Origin: Tubulanus polymorphus
Taxonomy: Eukaryota > Animalia > Nemertea
NCBI RefSeq assembly: GCF_964204645.1
Contig: NC_134031.1
Location: forward strand, 15,301,807 to 15,365,806
Length of the DNA stretch: 64,000 nucleotides
Direction of reading: 5' to 3'
Within the stretch, counting starts at the first letter, position 1, and each line of letters begins with the position of its first letter. Positions 40,854 to 54,518 of this stretch are shown here, in pieces. Made by a program: the position numbers and the translations under genes. Under the pieces are notes generated by a model. The model did not search any database, was not told the DNA's origin, and saw only the letters and a program-made list of their open reading frames with translations.

Positions 40854-43767
40854 ATGCAGAATATTCAACCATTAACTACAAATAAAGGAGATATATTACT
40901 AGAAGTGAATTGTGGAGTAAATCAAGGTTTGATGTTCGTGAATCGTTTATGTCAAGGAAGCAAAGGCGAATGTATTAGTTATAACAACACGTGGTACACC
41001 CCTAACGAGTTCCAGTTTATATGTGGAAGAGAAAACGCTAAAGATTGGAAACGATCGATCAATCATAACGGAAAAAGTTTGAAATATTTAATGAATAAAG
41101 GAATATTGACTCCACATCCGGTTACGTGTAACTGTCAGCAGAGTCGATCAGCGGATAATAATCAGGTACGTATAGTGTTTCGAGGTGGAGGGGCCGGGAG
41201 GGTTCAAGATGTATAGGCCTACCGAGGGAAGCACTGAAAGAGAAAAGGACCCCCATTCCCCTAACCTCGGCAGCTGAACACTGTGGAGGTATAAGGACTG
41301 CTCTATTTTCTCATTCACCCAGTCCTCGCAGTGTTTGTCTCCACAGAGATCTCCGTTGCTCTACGATCCTAGTGTAACCAACTATACATCAGACTCTAAG
41401 GTTGTCGCTGACTATTCTCCCACTAAGCCAGGCATGGATGAGAGGGACGTGAGTGGAGGGGAGGGGGACGGGCGGGTGCGGCGCGTGTCTGGCCTTTGTT
41501 TTCCGTCAATTAATTTGTTTAGAGTGCTCTGTTCACTTCCTTCGCGTATCTAAGTTGCATTACGTTGTTACCGGCTGATACTGAAACCGGCTGCGTTCTA
41601 AACGCCAAACGACTTCCGGTAGAACACGAGCGCACGTTATCTGACGGTTGCTAGGTTTCCGGTATTTCCGTAGTGAATTAGTCACGATTTAGTCTCCGAG
41701 TAACTTCCTGTATTCGGGTCGATTTTAAACATAGAACGTTGTTTTTGCGTTTGTAGGAAGAAAATACGATGAACTTGAACTTGTCAATTACCGATACAGA
41801 AATCAGGTACAGAAACCTTAGAAGCCCTAACTGTCAAACCTAAAACCCAAAACAAGCCGCCCATACTAATATAAGTGTACTGTTGGTGATGGGTTTCAGA
41901 TTAGACGAACAAGCCGTCAGTACCAGGAGTGAAACTCCAAGTGAAACTATCGATATCGATACTAGTTCAACCGCTTCACCACCAGGGGGAGCTGTAATGG
42001 ATTCAGATGACGCAGATAAACCAGACAATAGTAAGTTCAACCGTAAAGGCGGGTGCATAGTCGGCCTCGCGACGGCTTGCGACTCGTCCGATGGCCAGGA
42101 CGATCACGTCGCAATGGCCCACCGACCTACGCTACTGTCCTGTCGCAATGAGTCGCAAACAATCTACTCTCTGCGATTCGACCGTCGCTCCCAGTCGCAA
42201 CCTACGCGTTGTTGCGTCTGGGAGCCGCGAAGCAATTCTTTCCTGAAATACTGGGATTCTTTTTCATTTTCAATTAAGAGTTTACCCCGGGCTAAAAGAC
42301 AATACCAGTTTATAAAACCGGATCTAGTCTTTTAAACTTTTATAAAGTTCCGACTACTTCTTATATCAATAATGGATTGAAATCGGCCGTTGGGGATCGA
42401 TAAGAAAGTAACAGGCGAGAAGTTCGTTCTGATTGTTTGAGAGCCACTGTTCCCCTGCAGTCGCCATAGTAAGATAGATACCTTCTATCTTTGTGTTGTA
42501 TAATGCCATTTTCAGTTACCAAGTGACGATCGACTAGAATCGCGGAGTTTACGCGCTCCTTACAACTGGGTAGAAACTAGACGCACACCGTCGCAGCCGA
42601 CTTACGCCCCCACTTACGCCCCCACTTACGACGCAACTCGACGATCGCGTCGAGGAGGGAGAGTGGAGGGATGATTGTTACAATCAAGGATCTATTTATG
42701 TATATCTATTTGAAATACGTAGGTACCACACGAGATAACATAACCCCACTTGCCAGAGACGATACCACACTTACCAGTGGTCAACGCACTGAAGTGGAAA
42801 AAAAACTAGACACGAAATTACGTCATTTGAATAAACAAAAGAAAACGCGTGGTATCGATTTATCCAGGTAACTTTAGAAATACCATCGATCGGTTTTTCA
42901 TAATCACAATTCAGGAATCACGTGAATGTGAATGAATGCTATCACGTGACTGTGGTTGCTATTTTTTTCAGTTTCAATAATTCAAGATACAACGAATTTC
43001 TGAGATACATAAAAACCCTGCAGATCGGATTAGAGCAGGCAAGACCACCAGGGGGCGCAGTAACGGAACAATCGACCAGTTGGTCACCAGTGACGTCCTC
43101 GTGGCCAGCAGATAGTAAAACTGAAACCCTTACCGGCGCAATTAGTGGCGCCACCACCGGTCAAAGAATGATCGAATTGACGAAACCACCAAATTTACAT
43201 CTACCATCACGACCTTCACCTTCATCATCTTCATCGAGGTCACAGACAAAGCGCCGTCTATCGGCGCCGCATGAAGAACAGATAGTTGATTTATCAGTTA
43301 AACGAGAGAGACAAGCTGATAGTACAGCCGTGTATAACAGCATCAGCAGCAGCGGCATTAGCAGCATCCCCAGTAGAAAAATCAATAAACACACGTGTAT
43401 CAATTGTTTACAGTTACCATGGTGTTCACAAACTGACGTCACCAACAATGATCCGTTGTCTTGGACGACAGATGATGTATTCAGATTTGTCAGTAAAGTC
43501 CCCGGATGTGAAGAGTACAATGAGGTAAAGATTTGAATGAAATTGTGGGTGTGTTTTTATTTCCGCTTATTTTGGATGTTTTTTTTTTATTTTCAGGTTT
43601 TTCACGATCAAATGATTGATGGGTTCAGTTTATCGTTGTTAAATCTCGATCACTTACTCGACAAATTAGGAATGAAATTGGGACCGGCCTTGACCTTAAA
43701 AGCGTCTATCAGTCGCCTCATGAATCCGGAGTGTCACGTCTGCGTCAGTGGCGACACCTCGTCCTGA
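40854..43767 (+). CDS. SAND-domain plus C-terminal SAM-domain protein (SAMD7/SAMD11/Samuel-like), 6 coding exons
   Basis: Exons 40854-41165, 41757-41806, 41900-42030, 42723-42867, 42972-43524 and 43597-43767 are phase-compatible. SAND: LEVNCG...WYTPNEFQFICGRENAKDWKRSI. Ph/Scm-type SAM: PLSWTTDDVFRFVSKVPGCEEYNEVFHDQMIDGFSLSLL...LGMKLGPAL. IVDLS resembles a CtBP-binding motif. Confidence 0.85.
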
Positions 43768-45934
43768 TCGGGAATGTCGAGTGGAGTGTCACGTATGTCT
43801 AAGTGGCGATACCTCGTGGCACGTTTAATAAAGGTCCGTTTGACAACAAATTCAAACACCTGTCCTGATACGTTGTGATATGGGCATTTATGAAATATAT
43901 ATGGCTCTAAAGGGGGCCGTCCATAAAAGACATCTACGCAGTAGGGGGTGGGTTTTTTAACGATTTTTTGGACTTTTGTGGACAAGGGGGGTTCCTCCGA
44001 TATGGATGTCCATCTTGATGGGGGGGGGGGGAGTGTCACTAGTTAAGGGCCATCATGTGGATAAAAGTATAAGTAAAATCATTCAATCCTCCAATGACCA
44101 GAACTTAACAAGTTATAATTATAATACCAGGGAATAAATGTAAATACGTTAATGAAAATTAAGTGTTTCTTATGCTGCATCAAATGTTGTTTAAAGCTGA
44201 TATACATTTTATGTGGACATAGGGGAGGGGGTCAGATTTTCCATATTTTGTGTGGACGTCTTTTATGGACAGCCCCAAAAGTTATTGGTCTAAAAGCTTA
44301 CAGCGCAAAGCAGGATATGGCCAAATATTAGAATCTGAGCGGACACGCAATAGGGATACAGCTGGAATAACGCTCTCCCATCCTACATCACCAGCCCCAG
44401 ACGCGCGTGCCGTGAATCTATAGGGTTTGGACTAATGCATCCCGATCGTCGCGTGCGAGGGCTGATCGCGTTAAGTAAAAAACTCCCACGCGCATCCAGA
44501 AGAAAAAACAACCTGATCAAATTCATTTAACATTTTTGTCTGACAGTCGCTACTAGACTGTTGCTGTGGCAGGCGAGGATTTCGGTAACGAAGAAGCGCG
44601 TTCCATTCTAATTCAAAAAGTTGCCTTCGTCATTGGGGATTTGCAAAAAGGGAGGCAAAAAGGTAGCGGTAAGATGCGAGAAAATTCAAAGAATTGAATA
44701 AACACTTCAGAAATTGAGCTTGATAAAATGATAATTTTTCAATGTTATATCACAAGTGGTGCGGTGTACGGGGTGTATATGTAAAAACGTATTTAAACGT
44801 TTTCAGTGCCTCTGCACCGCAGTGCGGGGTGTATAAATCGTTCATGAACTTTGCTTATACGCCGCACCGCGTTGTATTGATGTGATTGGTGGTAGTTTTT
44901 ATCTCTTATGAAAGATGGTAGCACCAAACAGTGAAATATTTCTAACTAACGATACACCGCACCGCGACGTAGGCGCACTAAAGCGATATGCCCGCTATTC
45001 ACTGGGCTTGATTAAAAAGAGAAATTATGGCGACTTGTCGAATTGGAACGCGACAACTGGAGGCCCTTTATCGCTTCCGTATGGAAAATAACACCCATAT
45101 ACTGAAGTACACGCATAGAAAAGAGCGCCTAAACTCGGAATGACAATAGACGCGCAGCAGTTAAAGAGCCATAGGATAAAGACTAGGCAAGATATCTTAA
45201 AATTTTAAAATTCACCTAAATGGTGGCGCTTATGTGCACAGTTCTTGAAATGTTTTTTCTGAAGATAACGAACTTAAAGTTCAGTACCCTGGATTTTTAT
45301 TCGCACGGCAAAAACTGACAACCAATTTTTATTTCGCTCTCATGTCGCATTGTTGCAAAGTTGAGAAATGATTTTTACATAACTGAAAACTAGAGATTCA
45401 TACGGTTTAAATGTTGCTGAAACTGCCAAAATCCACCCAGGGACCGATGAAATATGATAAAACACGCATCACAGATCGTATTTAAAAAAGAGAAAAAATT
45501 ACCCATTAATACAGGACAAAAAGTTCCTTAACAAAATGGCGACTAGCATCTGTAAAATGGTTTATTTTTTAGTGCTGCGCAGAATTGCAGGTGCAGTCCA
45601 GTCCAGTCTTCAAATCAATGATAACAATGGAATATCGTCGATAAAGGATGTTTGAAATCCTTGATTCGGTGGGCGAAACAGACGCTTGCTACCACCGCTG
45701 ATACCAACTTGAAGGGCTATGAAAGCTCGATATCTTACTTTTCATTGGATTTTGCGAATAAAACCGTCATAACGATCGAAATGGATCTAATTTAATTGTA
45801 TTTGAAAATGAAATAATCTTTTGACGGATGGACCCTGCAGTCGTTTTGCGAAGGATCCGAAACTAAACCCAGCGATCAGTAATGGACCCAGCGGGGTCTA
45901 CGTGATTACAATCCATCCTAAACCAAGCGCATAT

Positions 45935-47053
45935 TTAACGAGTAAAAAAGTGAACGAGGAAATATCTTTTGGCGGTTTTTTTGAAAAGCGTATTAGTTGA
46001 ACAGTACACGACAAAATTCAACGATGAATCTAAAATACTCAAAAGAATTCCAATTTTTCTCATCACCATGAAAGAATCATGTGAAAAGCTGAACTTCAAT
46101 CCCAACCGAGATTCATGATACGTTATAAGACGGTCCAATGAAGCAGGAATTTCAAACATCATAAACATCAAAACGATAAAAAGAACCATCTTCAAAATCT
46201 TCTGCTCTTTCGAATCTGTAGACGATATTCTGACTGTAGAAGTGGCTAATTCCTTTCGCTGTTTGTAATGATTTCGTAGGATAAATATCATCAGCGCGAT
46301 GTTTATCAGAACCAATATAACGAATGGAGAAATAATGCACATGAACATATAAGTGTGGTACGTAAACGCGTATGCAATATTAAAATTGTAATTGAAAGGA
46401 GTTCTGATAAATTTAGCTCCAAATGTGCCCATAGTGTACAGTGAGATCTTTCCAAAACAATGCCAAGAAGCTCTAGCAGGAAGATACAGGGGAAAGAAGT
46501 AAGGCCAGTTTAGAAATACTGATACAACGAAATTGAAAACTGCGAGACAAGTGATTTGAGTTCTGGCCCAAAACCGTCTGAAATACAGCGGGCTAGCGAC
46601 AACTATTAATCTTTCTAAGTTCAATATGACAACAGACCAATTTCTGGCCATTTGAAAAGTGAAGAAAAAAGGCATCGCCCAAATGATTATTTCGTGTCCA
46701 AAATACCAGTCATCGTACCTGTGTATGTGTTCGTAGAGCGATACGTAGATTATGATTGTTCGTAGTGGATAAAGTAGAAACACCGCGATTAGAAAAAGCA
46801 AATCAAACCACGCGAGAATTATGACTGTCAGATACGTGTCGCTATCGATACGGCGAAAAACTGTAATTGTAGCTGAATTGAGAATTATCCCCATTAACGA
46901 CGCCGGTAAATATGCTAATATGTACATATAGACGCTGAAGGTATATTGCCATCTGACCGGTGGGTTGCATTCCGCTGGACCAGGCGTGACTCGCGCAGAC
47001 GTTATAGTAGTGATACTGTCGTTATTTGGTTGAAGTAATGTTGAAGTCATCAT
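45935..47053 (-). CDS. Intronless class A GPCR, FMRFamide/peptide-receptor-like, copy 1 (type A)
   Basis: 372 aa with 7 hydrophobic segments: GIILN (TM1), LAWFD (TM2), NLERLIVVASP (DRY equivalent), ECL2 Cys, FEIP (TM6), DSSLNFVVY (TM7). Confidence 0.9.
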   Translation of the reverse strand: MMTSTLLQPNNDSITTITSARVTPGPAECNPPVRWQYTFSVYMYILAYLPASLMGIILNSATITVFRRIDSDTYLTVIILAWFDLLFLIAVFLLYPLRTIIIYVSLYEHIHRYDDWYFGHEIIIWAMPFFFTFQMARNWSVVILNLERLIVVASPLYFRRFWARTQITCLAVFNFVVSVFLNWPYFFPLYLPARASWHCFGKISLYTMGTFGAKFIRTPFNYNFNIAYAFTYHTYMFMCIISPFVILVLINIALMIFILRNHYKQRKELATSTVRISSTDSKEQKILKMVLFIVLMFMMFEIPASLDRLITYHESRLGLKFSFSHDSFMVMRKIGILLSILDSSLNFVVYCSTNTLFKKTAKRYFLVHFFTR

Positions 47054-48080
47054 GAGTGCGAGTCCTCATTCACTGACTGAACTTAGATGCAATGTTTATA
47101 GTTTAGATGATAATCCTCGACAGCAATTAAACTAGAAATTACTCGAGTCTGATTTCAAATGTTTTGATGTTACGTGACTCTTATATCGTATTCTGATAAC
47201 AAAAATATCTACAAATCGCAGTAGAACATGAAAATTTGTTACGTTTAGCTAATGAGGTAAATTATGTATTCTAAACCGGCGAATAATTTGAAATATGTAC
47301 GTAGTTTTTTTTTTGAAGAAGTGGAGAGGGTTATCAGTTAATAATGGCTCATGTCTGATAACGTGAGATGATTTTGATGAAAATTGTCAATCGCAAAAGG
47401 TATTCAGCATTTACTCATTCATTCGATAAATTGGCAATAGAATTTTCTAACTGACAGTAACCGGTCTTTTCTAAGGTATAAGGTGCATTGAAAATTACGA
47501 TGGTTCATCTCGCAAATTATGAATCGACATCATCATGCCACGTGACTTTAGTTTTCAGTGGATCCGGATTTCCCACCAGTTGATATCGGTACAAGTTTGG
47601 CCTTCAAGCGAGCATGTTTTCATGTTCGGCGAAATATTATCACGTATGGCTATAGAATGTTTTGCGTTGATAAATCAACGAAAATCCGATATGATACGTA
47701 TTATGTGATTAATATTGAATTGCAGAATTACAAGTGAAGTCCAGTTTTCATGTTAAATAGAATGTAAAATATTTGAAAAGAAAAGATCTTCGAAAATCGT
47801 TCATTTCGTTGGGTGAAATAGGTTCGTACTAGCTACTGCTGCTGCTGCCACCTCCAAGAACTATGAAATCCGAATGTCCAACCATTCATTAAACTGTTTT
47901 AATCTAACATTGATAACGACCAAACTGGATCTAATTCATTAGTATTTAAAAAAATGAAATAATCTTTTGACAAATGGACCCTGCAGTCGTTTTCCGAAGA
48001 ATCCGAAACTTAAGCCTCCGATCAGCAATGGACCCAACGGGGTTTACAGGATTACAATCCATCCTAAACCAAGCGCATAT

Positions 48081-49199
48081 TTAACGAGTAAAAAAGTGAA
48101 CGAGGAAATATCTTTTGGCGGTTTTTTTGAAAAGCGTATTAGTTGAACAGTACACGACAAAATTCAACGAGGAATCTAAAATACTCAATAGAATTCCAAC
48201 TTTTCTCATCACCATGAAAGAATCCTGTGAAAAGCTGGACTTCAATCCCAACCGAGATTCATGATACGTTATAAGACGGTCCAATGAAGCAGGAATTTCA
48301 AACATCATAAACATCAAAACGATAAAAAGAACCATCTTCAAAATCTTCTGCTGTTTCGAATCTGTAGACGGTATTCTGACTGTAGAAGTGGCTAATTCCT
48401 TTCGCTGTTTGTAATGATTTCGTAGGATAAATATCATCAGCGCGATGTTTATCAAAACCAATATAACGAATGGAGAAATAATGCACATGAACATATAAGT
48501 GTGGTATGTAAACGCGTATGCAATATTAAAATTGTAATTGAAAGGAGTTCTGATAAGTTTAGCTCCAAATGTTCCCATAGTGTACAGTGAGATCTTTCTA
48601 AAACAATACCAAGAGGCTCTAGCAGGAAGATACAGGGGAAAGAAGTAAGGCCAGTTTAGAAATACTGATACAACGAAATTGAAAACTGCGAGACAAGTGA
48701 TTTGAGTTTTGGCCCAAAACCGTCTGAAATACAGCGGGCTAGCGACAACTATTAATCTTTCTAAGTTCAATATGACAACAGACCAATTTCTGGCCATTTG
48801 AAAAGTGAAGAAAAAAGGCATCGCCCAAATGATTATTTCGTGTCCAAAATACCAGTCATCGTACCTGTGTATGTGTTCGTAGAGCGATACGTAGATTATG
48901 ATTGTTCGTAGTGGATAAAGTAGAAACACCGCGATTAGAAAAAGCAAATCAAACCACGCGAGAATTATGACTGTCAGATACGTGTCGCTATCGATACGGC
49001 GAAAAACTGTAATTGTAGCTGAATTGAGAATTATCCCCATTAACGACGCCGGTAAATATGCTAATATGTACATATAGACGCTGAAGGTATATTGCCATCT
49101 GACCGGTGGGTTGCATTCCGCTGGACCAGGCGTGACTCGCGCAGACGTTATAGTAGTGATACTGTCGTTATTTGGTTGAAGTAATGTTGAAGTCATCAT
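48081..49199 (-). CDS. GPCR copy 2 (type A)
   Basis: Intact 372 aa; 2146-bp period from copy 1. Confidence 0.9.
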   Translation of the reverse strand: MMTSTLLQPNNDSITTITSARVTPGPAECNPPVRWQYTFSVYMYILAYLPASLMGIILNSATITVFRRIDSDTYLTVIILAWFDLLFLIAVFLLYPLRTIIIYVSLYEHIHRYDDWYFGHEIIIWAMPFFFTFQMARNWSVVILNLERLIVVASPLYFRRFWAKTQITCLAVFNFVVSVFLNWPYFFPLYLPARASWYCFRKISLYTMGTFGAKLIRTPFNYNFNIAYAFTYHTYMFMCIISPFVILVLINIALMIFILRNHYKQRKELATSTVRIPSTDSKQQKILKMVLFIVLMFMMFEIPASLDRLITYHESRLGLKSSFSQDSFMVMRKVGILLSILDSSLNFVVYCSTNTLFKKTAKRYFLVHFFTR

Positions 49200-50226
49200 G
49201 AGTGCGAGTCCTCATTCACTGACTGAACTTAGATGCAATGTTTATAGTTTAGATGATAATCCTCGACAGCAATTAAACTAGAAATTACTCGAGTCTGATT
49301 TCAAATGTTTTGATGTTACGTGACTCTTATATCGTATTCTGATAACAAAAATATCTACAAATCGAAGTAGAACATGAAAATTTGTTACGTTTAGCTAATG
49401 AGGTAAATTATGTATTCTAAACCGGCGAATAATTTGAAATATGTACGTAGTTTTTTTTTTGAAGAAGTGGAGAGGGTTATCAATTAATAATGGCTCATGT
49501 CTGATAACGTGAGATGATTTTGATGAAAATTGTCAATCGCAAAAGGTATTCAGCATTTACTCATTCATTCGATAAATTGGCAATAGAATTTTCTAACTGA
49601 CAGTAACCGGTCTTTTCTAAGGTATAAGGTGCATTGAAAATTACGATGGTTCATCTCACAAATTATGAATCGACATCATCATGCCACGTGACTTTAGTTT
49701 TCAGTGGATCCGGATTTCCCACCAGTTGATATCGGTACAAGTTTGGCCTTCAAGCGAGCGTGTTTTCATGTTCGGCGAAATATTATCACGTATGGCTATA
49801 GAATGTTTTGCGTTGATAAATCAACGAAAATCCGATATGATACGTATTATGTGATTAATATTGAATTGCAGAATTACAAGTGAAGTCCAGTTTTCATGTT
49901 AAATAGAATGTAAAATATTTGAAAAGAAAAGATCTTCGAAAATCGTTCATTTCGTTGGGTGAAATAGGTACGTACTAGCTACTGCTGCTGCTGCCACCTC
50001 CAAGAACTATGAAATCCGAATGTCCAACCATTCATTAAACTGTTTTAATCTAACATTGATAACGACCAAACTGGATCTAATTCATTAGTATTTAAAAAAA
50101 TGAAATAATCTTTTGACAAATGGACCCTGCAGTCGTTTTCCGAAGAATCCGAAACTTAAGCCTCCGATCAGCAATGGACCCAACGGGGTTTACAGGATTA
50201 CAATCCATCCTAAACCAAGCGCATAT

Positions 50227-51345
50227 TTAACGAGTAAAAAAGTGAACGAGGAAATATCTTTTGGCGGTTATTTTGAAAAGCGTATTAGTTGAACAGTACA
50301 CGACAAAATTCAACGAGGAATCTAAAATACTCAATAGAATTCCACTTTTTCTCATCACCATGAAAGAATCATGTGAAAAGCTGGACTTCAATCCCAACCG
50401 AGATTCGTGATACGTTATAAGACGGTCCAATGAAGCAGGAATTTCAAACATCATAAACATCAAAACGATAAAAAGAACCATCTTTAAAATCTTCTGCTCT
50501 TTCGAATCTGTAAACGATATTCTGACCGTAGAAGTGGCTAATTCCTTTCGCTGTTTGTAATGATTTCGTAGGATAAATATCATCAGCGCGATGTTTATCA
50601 AAACCAATATAACGAATGGAGAAATAATGCACATGAACATATAAGTGTGGTACGTAAACGCGTATGCAATATTAAAATTGTAATTGAAAGGAGTTCTGAT
50701 AAGTTTAGCTCCAAATGTTCCCATAGTGTACAGTGAGATCTTTCTAAAACAATGCCAAGAGGCTCTAGCAGGAAGATACAGGGGAAAGAAGTAAGGCCAG
50801 TTTAGAAATACCGAGACAACGAAATTGAAAACTGCGAGACAAGTGATTTGAGTTTTGGCCCAAAACCGTCTGAAATACAGCGGGCTAGCGACAACTATTA
50901 ATCTTTCTAAGTTCAATATGACAACAGACCAATTTCTGGCCATTTGAAAAGTGAAGAAAAAAGGCATCGCCCAAATGATTATTTCGTGTCCAAAATACCA
51001 GTCATCGTACCTGTGTATGTGTTCGTAGAGCGATACGTAGATTATGATTGTTCGTAGTGGATAAAGTAGAAACACCGCGATTAGAAAAAGCAAATCAAAC
51101 CACGCGAGAATTATGACTGTCAGATACGTGTCGCTATCGATACGGCGAAAAACTGTAATTGTAGCTGAATTGAGAACTATTCCCATTAACGACGCCGGTA
51201 AATATGCTAATATGTACATATAGACGCTGAAGGTATATTGCCATCTGACCGGTGGGTTGCATTCCGCTGGACCAGGCGTGACTCGCGCAGACGTTATAGT
51301 AGTGATACTGTCGTTATTTGGTTGAAGTAATGTTGAAGTCATCAT
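50227..51345 (-). CDS. GPCR copy 3 (type A)
   Basis: Intact 372 aa; 2146-bp period. Confidence 0.9.
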   Translation of the reverse strand: MMTSTLLQPNNDSITTITSARVTPGPAECNPPVRWQYTFSVYMYILAYLPASLMGIVLNSATITVFRRIDSDTYLTVIILAWFDLLFLIAVFLLYPLRTIIIYVSLYEHIHRYDDWYFGHEIIIWAMPFFFTFQMARNWSVVILNLERLIVVASPLYFRRFWAKTQITCLAVFNFVVSVFLNWPYFFPLYLPARASWHCFRKISLYTMGTFGAKLIRTPFNYNFNIAYAFTYHTYMFMCIISPFVILVLINIALMIFILRNHYKQRKELATSTVRISFTDSKEQKILKMVLFIVLMFMMFEIPASLDRLITYHESRLGLKSSFSHDSFMVMRKSGILLSILDSSLNFVVYCSTNTLFKITAKRYFLVHFFTR

Positions 51346-52372
51346 GAGTGCGAGTCCTCATTCACTGACTGAACTTAGATGCAATGTTTATAGTTTAGAT
51401 GATAATCCTCGACAGCAATTAAACTAGAAATTACTCGAGTCTGATTTCAAATGTTTTGATGTTACGTGACTCTTATATCGTATTCTGATAACAAAAATAT
51501 CAACAAATCGCAGTAGAACATGAAAATTTGTTACGTTTAGCTAATGAGGTAAATTATGTATTCTAAACCGGCGAATAATTTGAAATATGTACGTAGTTTT
51601 TTTTTTGAAGAAGTGGAGAGGGTTATCAATTAATAATGGCTCATGTCTGATAACGTGAGATGATTTTGATGAAAATTGTCAATCGCAAAAGGTATTCAGC
51701 ATTTACTCATTCATTCGATAAATTGGCAATAGAATTTTCTAACTGACAGTAACCGGTCTTTTCTAAGGTATAAGGTGCATTGAAAATTACGATGGTTCAT
51801 CTCGCAAATTATGAATCGACATCATCATGCCACGTGACTTTAGTTTTCAGTGGATCCGGATTTCCCACCAGTTGATATCGGTACAAGTTTGGCCTTCAAG
51901 CGAGCGTGTTTTCATGTTCGGCGAAATATTATCACGTATGGCTATAGAATGTTTTGCGTTGATAAATCAACGAAAATCCGATATGATACGTATTATGTGA
52001 TTAATATTGAATTGCAGAATTACAAGTGAAATCCAGTTTTCATGTTAAATAGAATGTAAAATATTCGAAAAGAAAAGATCTTCGAAAATCGTTCATTTCG
52101 TTGGGTGAAATAGGTACGTACTAGCTACTGCTGCTGCTGCCACCTTCAAGAACTATGAAATCCGAATGTCCAACCATTCATTAAACTGTTTTAATCTAAC
52201 ATTGATAACGACCAAACTGGATCTAATTCATTAGTATTTAAAAAAATGAAATAATCTTTTGACAAATGGACCCTGCAGTCGTTTTCCGAAGAATCCGAAA
52301 CTTAAGCCTCCGATCAGCAATGGACCCAACGGGGTTTACAGGATTACAATCCATCCTAAACCAAGCGCATAT

Positions 52373-53491
52373 TTAACGAGTAAAAAAGTGAACGAGGAAA
52401 TATCTTTTGGCGGTTATTTTGAAAAGCGTATTAGTTGAACAGTACACGACAAAATTCAACGAGGAATCTAAAATACTCAATAGAATTCCACTTTTTCTCA
52501 TCACCATGAAAGAATCATGTGAAAAGCTGGACTTCAATCCCAACCGAGATTCGTGATACGTTATAAGACGGTCCAATGAAGCAGGAATTTCAAACATCAT
52601 AAACATCAAAACGATAAAAAGAACCATCTTTAAAATCTTCTGCTCTTTCGAATCTGTAGACGATATTCTGACCGTAGAAGTGGCTAATTCCTTTCGCTGT
52701 TTGTAATGATTTCGTAGGATAAATATCATCAGCGCGATGTTTATCAAAACCAATATAACGAATGGAGAAATAATGCACATGAACATATAAGTGTGGTATG
52801 TAAACGCGTATGCAATATTAAAATTGTAATTGAAAGGAGTTCTGATAAATTTAGCTCCAAATGTTCCCATAGTGTACAGTGAGATCTTTCTAAAACAATA
52901 CCAAGAGGCTCTAGCAGGAAGATACAGGGGAAAGAAGTAAGGCCAGTTTAGAAATACTGATACAACGAAATTGAAAACTGCGAGACAAGTGATTTGAGTT
53001 TTGGCCCAAAACCGTCTGAAATACAGCGGGCTAGCGACAACTATTAATCTTTCTAAGTTCAATATGACAACAGACCAATTTCTGGCCATTTGAAAAGTGA
53101 AGAAAAAAGGCATCGCCCAAATGATTATTTCGTGTCCAAAATACCAGTCATCGTACCTGTGTATGTGTTCGTAGAGCGATACGTAGATTATGATTGTTCG
53201 TAGTGGATAAAGTAGAAACACCGCGATTAGAAAAAGCAAATCAAACCACGCCAGAATTATGACTGTCAGATACGTGTCGCTATCGATACGGCGAAAAACT
53301 GTAATTGTAGCTGAATTGAGAATTATCCCCATTAACGACGCCGGTAAATATGCTAATATGTACATATAGACGCTGAAGGTATATTGCCATCTGACCGGTG
53401 GGTTGCATTCCGCTGGACCAGGCGTGACTCGCGCAGACGTTATAGTAGTGATACTGTCGTTATTTGGTTGAAGTAATGTTGAAGTCATCAT
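52373..53491 (-). CDS. GPCR copy 4 (type A)
   Basis: Intact 372 aa; 2146-bp period. Confidence 0.9.
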   Translation of the reverse strand: MMTSTLLQPNNDSITTITSARVTPGPAECNPPVRWQYTFSVYMYILAYLPASLMGIILNSATITVFRRIDSDTYLTVIILAWFDLLFLIAVFLLYPLRTIIIYVSLYEHIHRYDDWYFGHEIIIWAMPFFFTFQMARNWSVVILNLERLIVVASPLYFRRFWAKTQITCLAVFNFVVSVFLNWPYFFPLYLPARASWYCFRKISLYTMGTFGAKFIRTPFNYNFNIAYAFTYHTYMFMCIISPFVILVLINIALMIFILRNHYKQRKELATSTVRISSTDSKEQKILKMVLFIVLMFMMFEIPASLDRLITYHESRLGLKSSFSHDSFMVMRKSGILLSILDSSLNFVVYCSTNTLFKITAKRYFLVHFFTR

Positions 53492-54518
53492 GAGTGCGAG
53501 TCCTCATTCACTGACTGAACTTAGATGCAATGTTTATAGTTTAGATGATAATCCTCGACAGCAATTAAACTAGAAATTACTCGAGTCTGATTTCAAATGT
53601 TTTGATGTTACGTGACTCTTATATCGTATTCTGATAACAAAAATATCTACAAATCGAAGTAGAACATGAAAATTTGTTACGTTTAGCTAATGAGGTAAAT
53701 TATGTATTCTAAACCGGCGAATAATTTGAAATATGTACGTAGTTTTTTTTTTGAAGAAGTGGAGAGGGTTATCAATTAATAATGGCTCATGTCTGATAAC
53801 GTGAGATGATTTTGATGAAAATTGTCAATCGCAAAAGGTATTCAGCATTTACTCATTCATTCGATAAATTGGCAATAGAATTTTCTAACTGACAGTAACC
53901 GGTCTTTTCTAAGGTATAAGGTGCATTGAAAATTACGATGGTTCATCTCGCAAATTATGAATCGACATCATCATGCCACGTGACTTTAGTTTTCAGTGGA
54001 TCCGGATTTCCCACCAGTTGATATCGGTACAAGTTTGGCCTTCAAGCGAGCGTGTTTTCATGTTCGGCGAAATATTATCACGTATGGCTATAGAATGTTT
54101 TGCGTTGATAAATCAACGAAAATCCGATATGATACGTATTATGTGATTAATATTGAATTGCAGAATTACAAGTGAAGTCCAGTTTTCATGTTAAATAGAA
54201 TGTAAAATATTCGAAAAGAAAAGATCTTCGAAAATCGTTCATTTCGTTGGGTGAAATAGGTACGTACTAGCTACTGCTGCTGCTGCCACCTCCAAGAACT
54301 ATGAAATCCGAATGTCCAACCATTCATTAAACTGTTTTAATCTAACATTGATAACGACCAAACTGGATCTAATTCATTAGTATTTAAAAAAATGAAATAA
54401 TCTTTTGACAAATGGACCCTGCAGTCGTTTTCCGAAGAATCCGAAACTTAAGCCTCCGATCAGCAATGGACCCAACGGGGTTTACAGGATTACGATCCAT
54501 CCTAAACCAAGCGCATAT

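Noticed and set aside
42516-42570. Extra exon in the SAND-SAM gene
   Set aside because: It has an acceptor-like site but gives an immediate stop in the incoming phase; exon 3 joins 42723 in frame without it.
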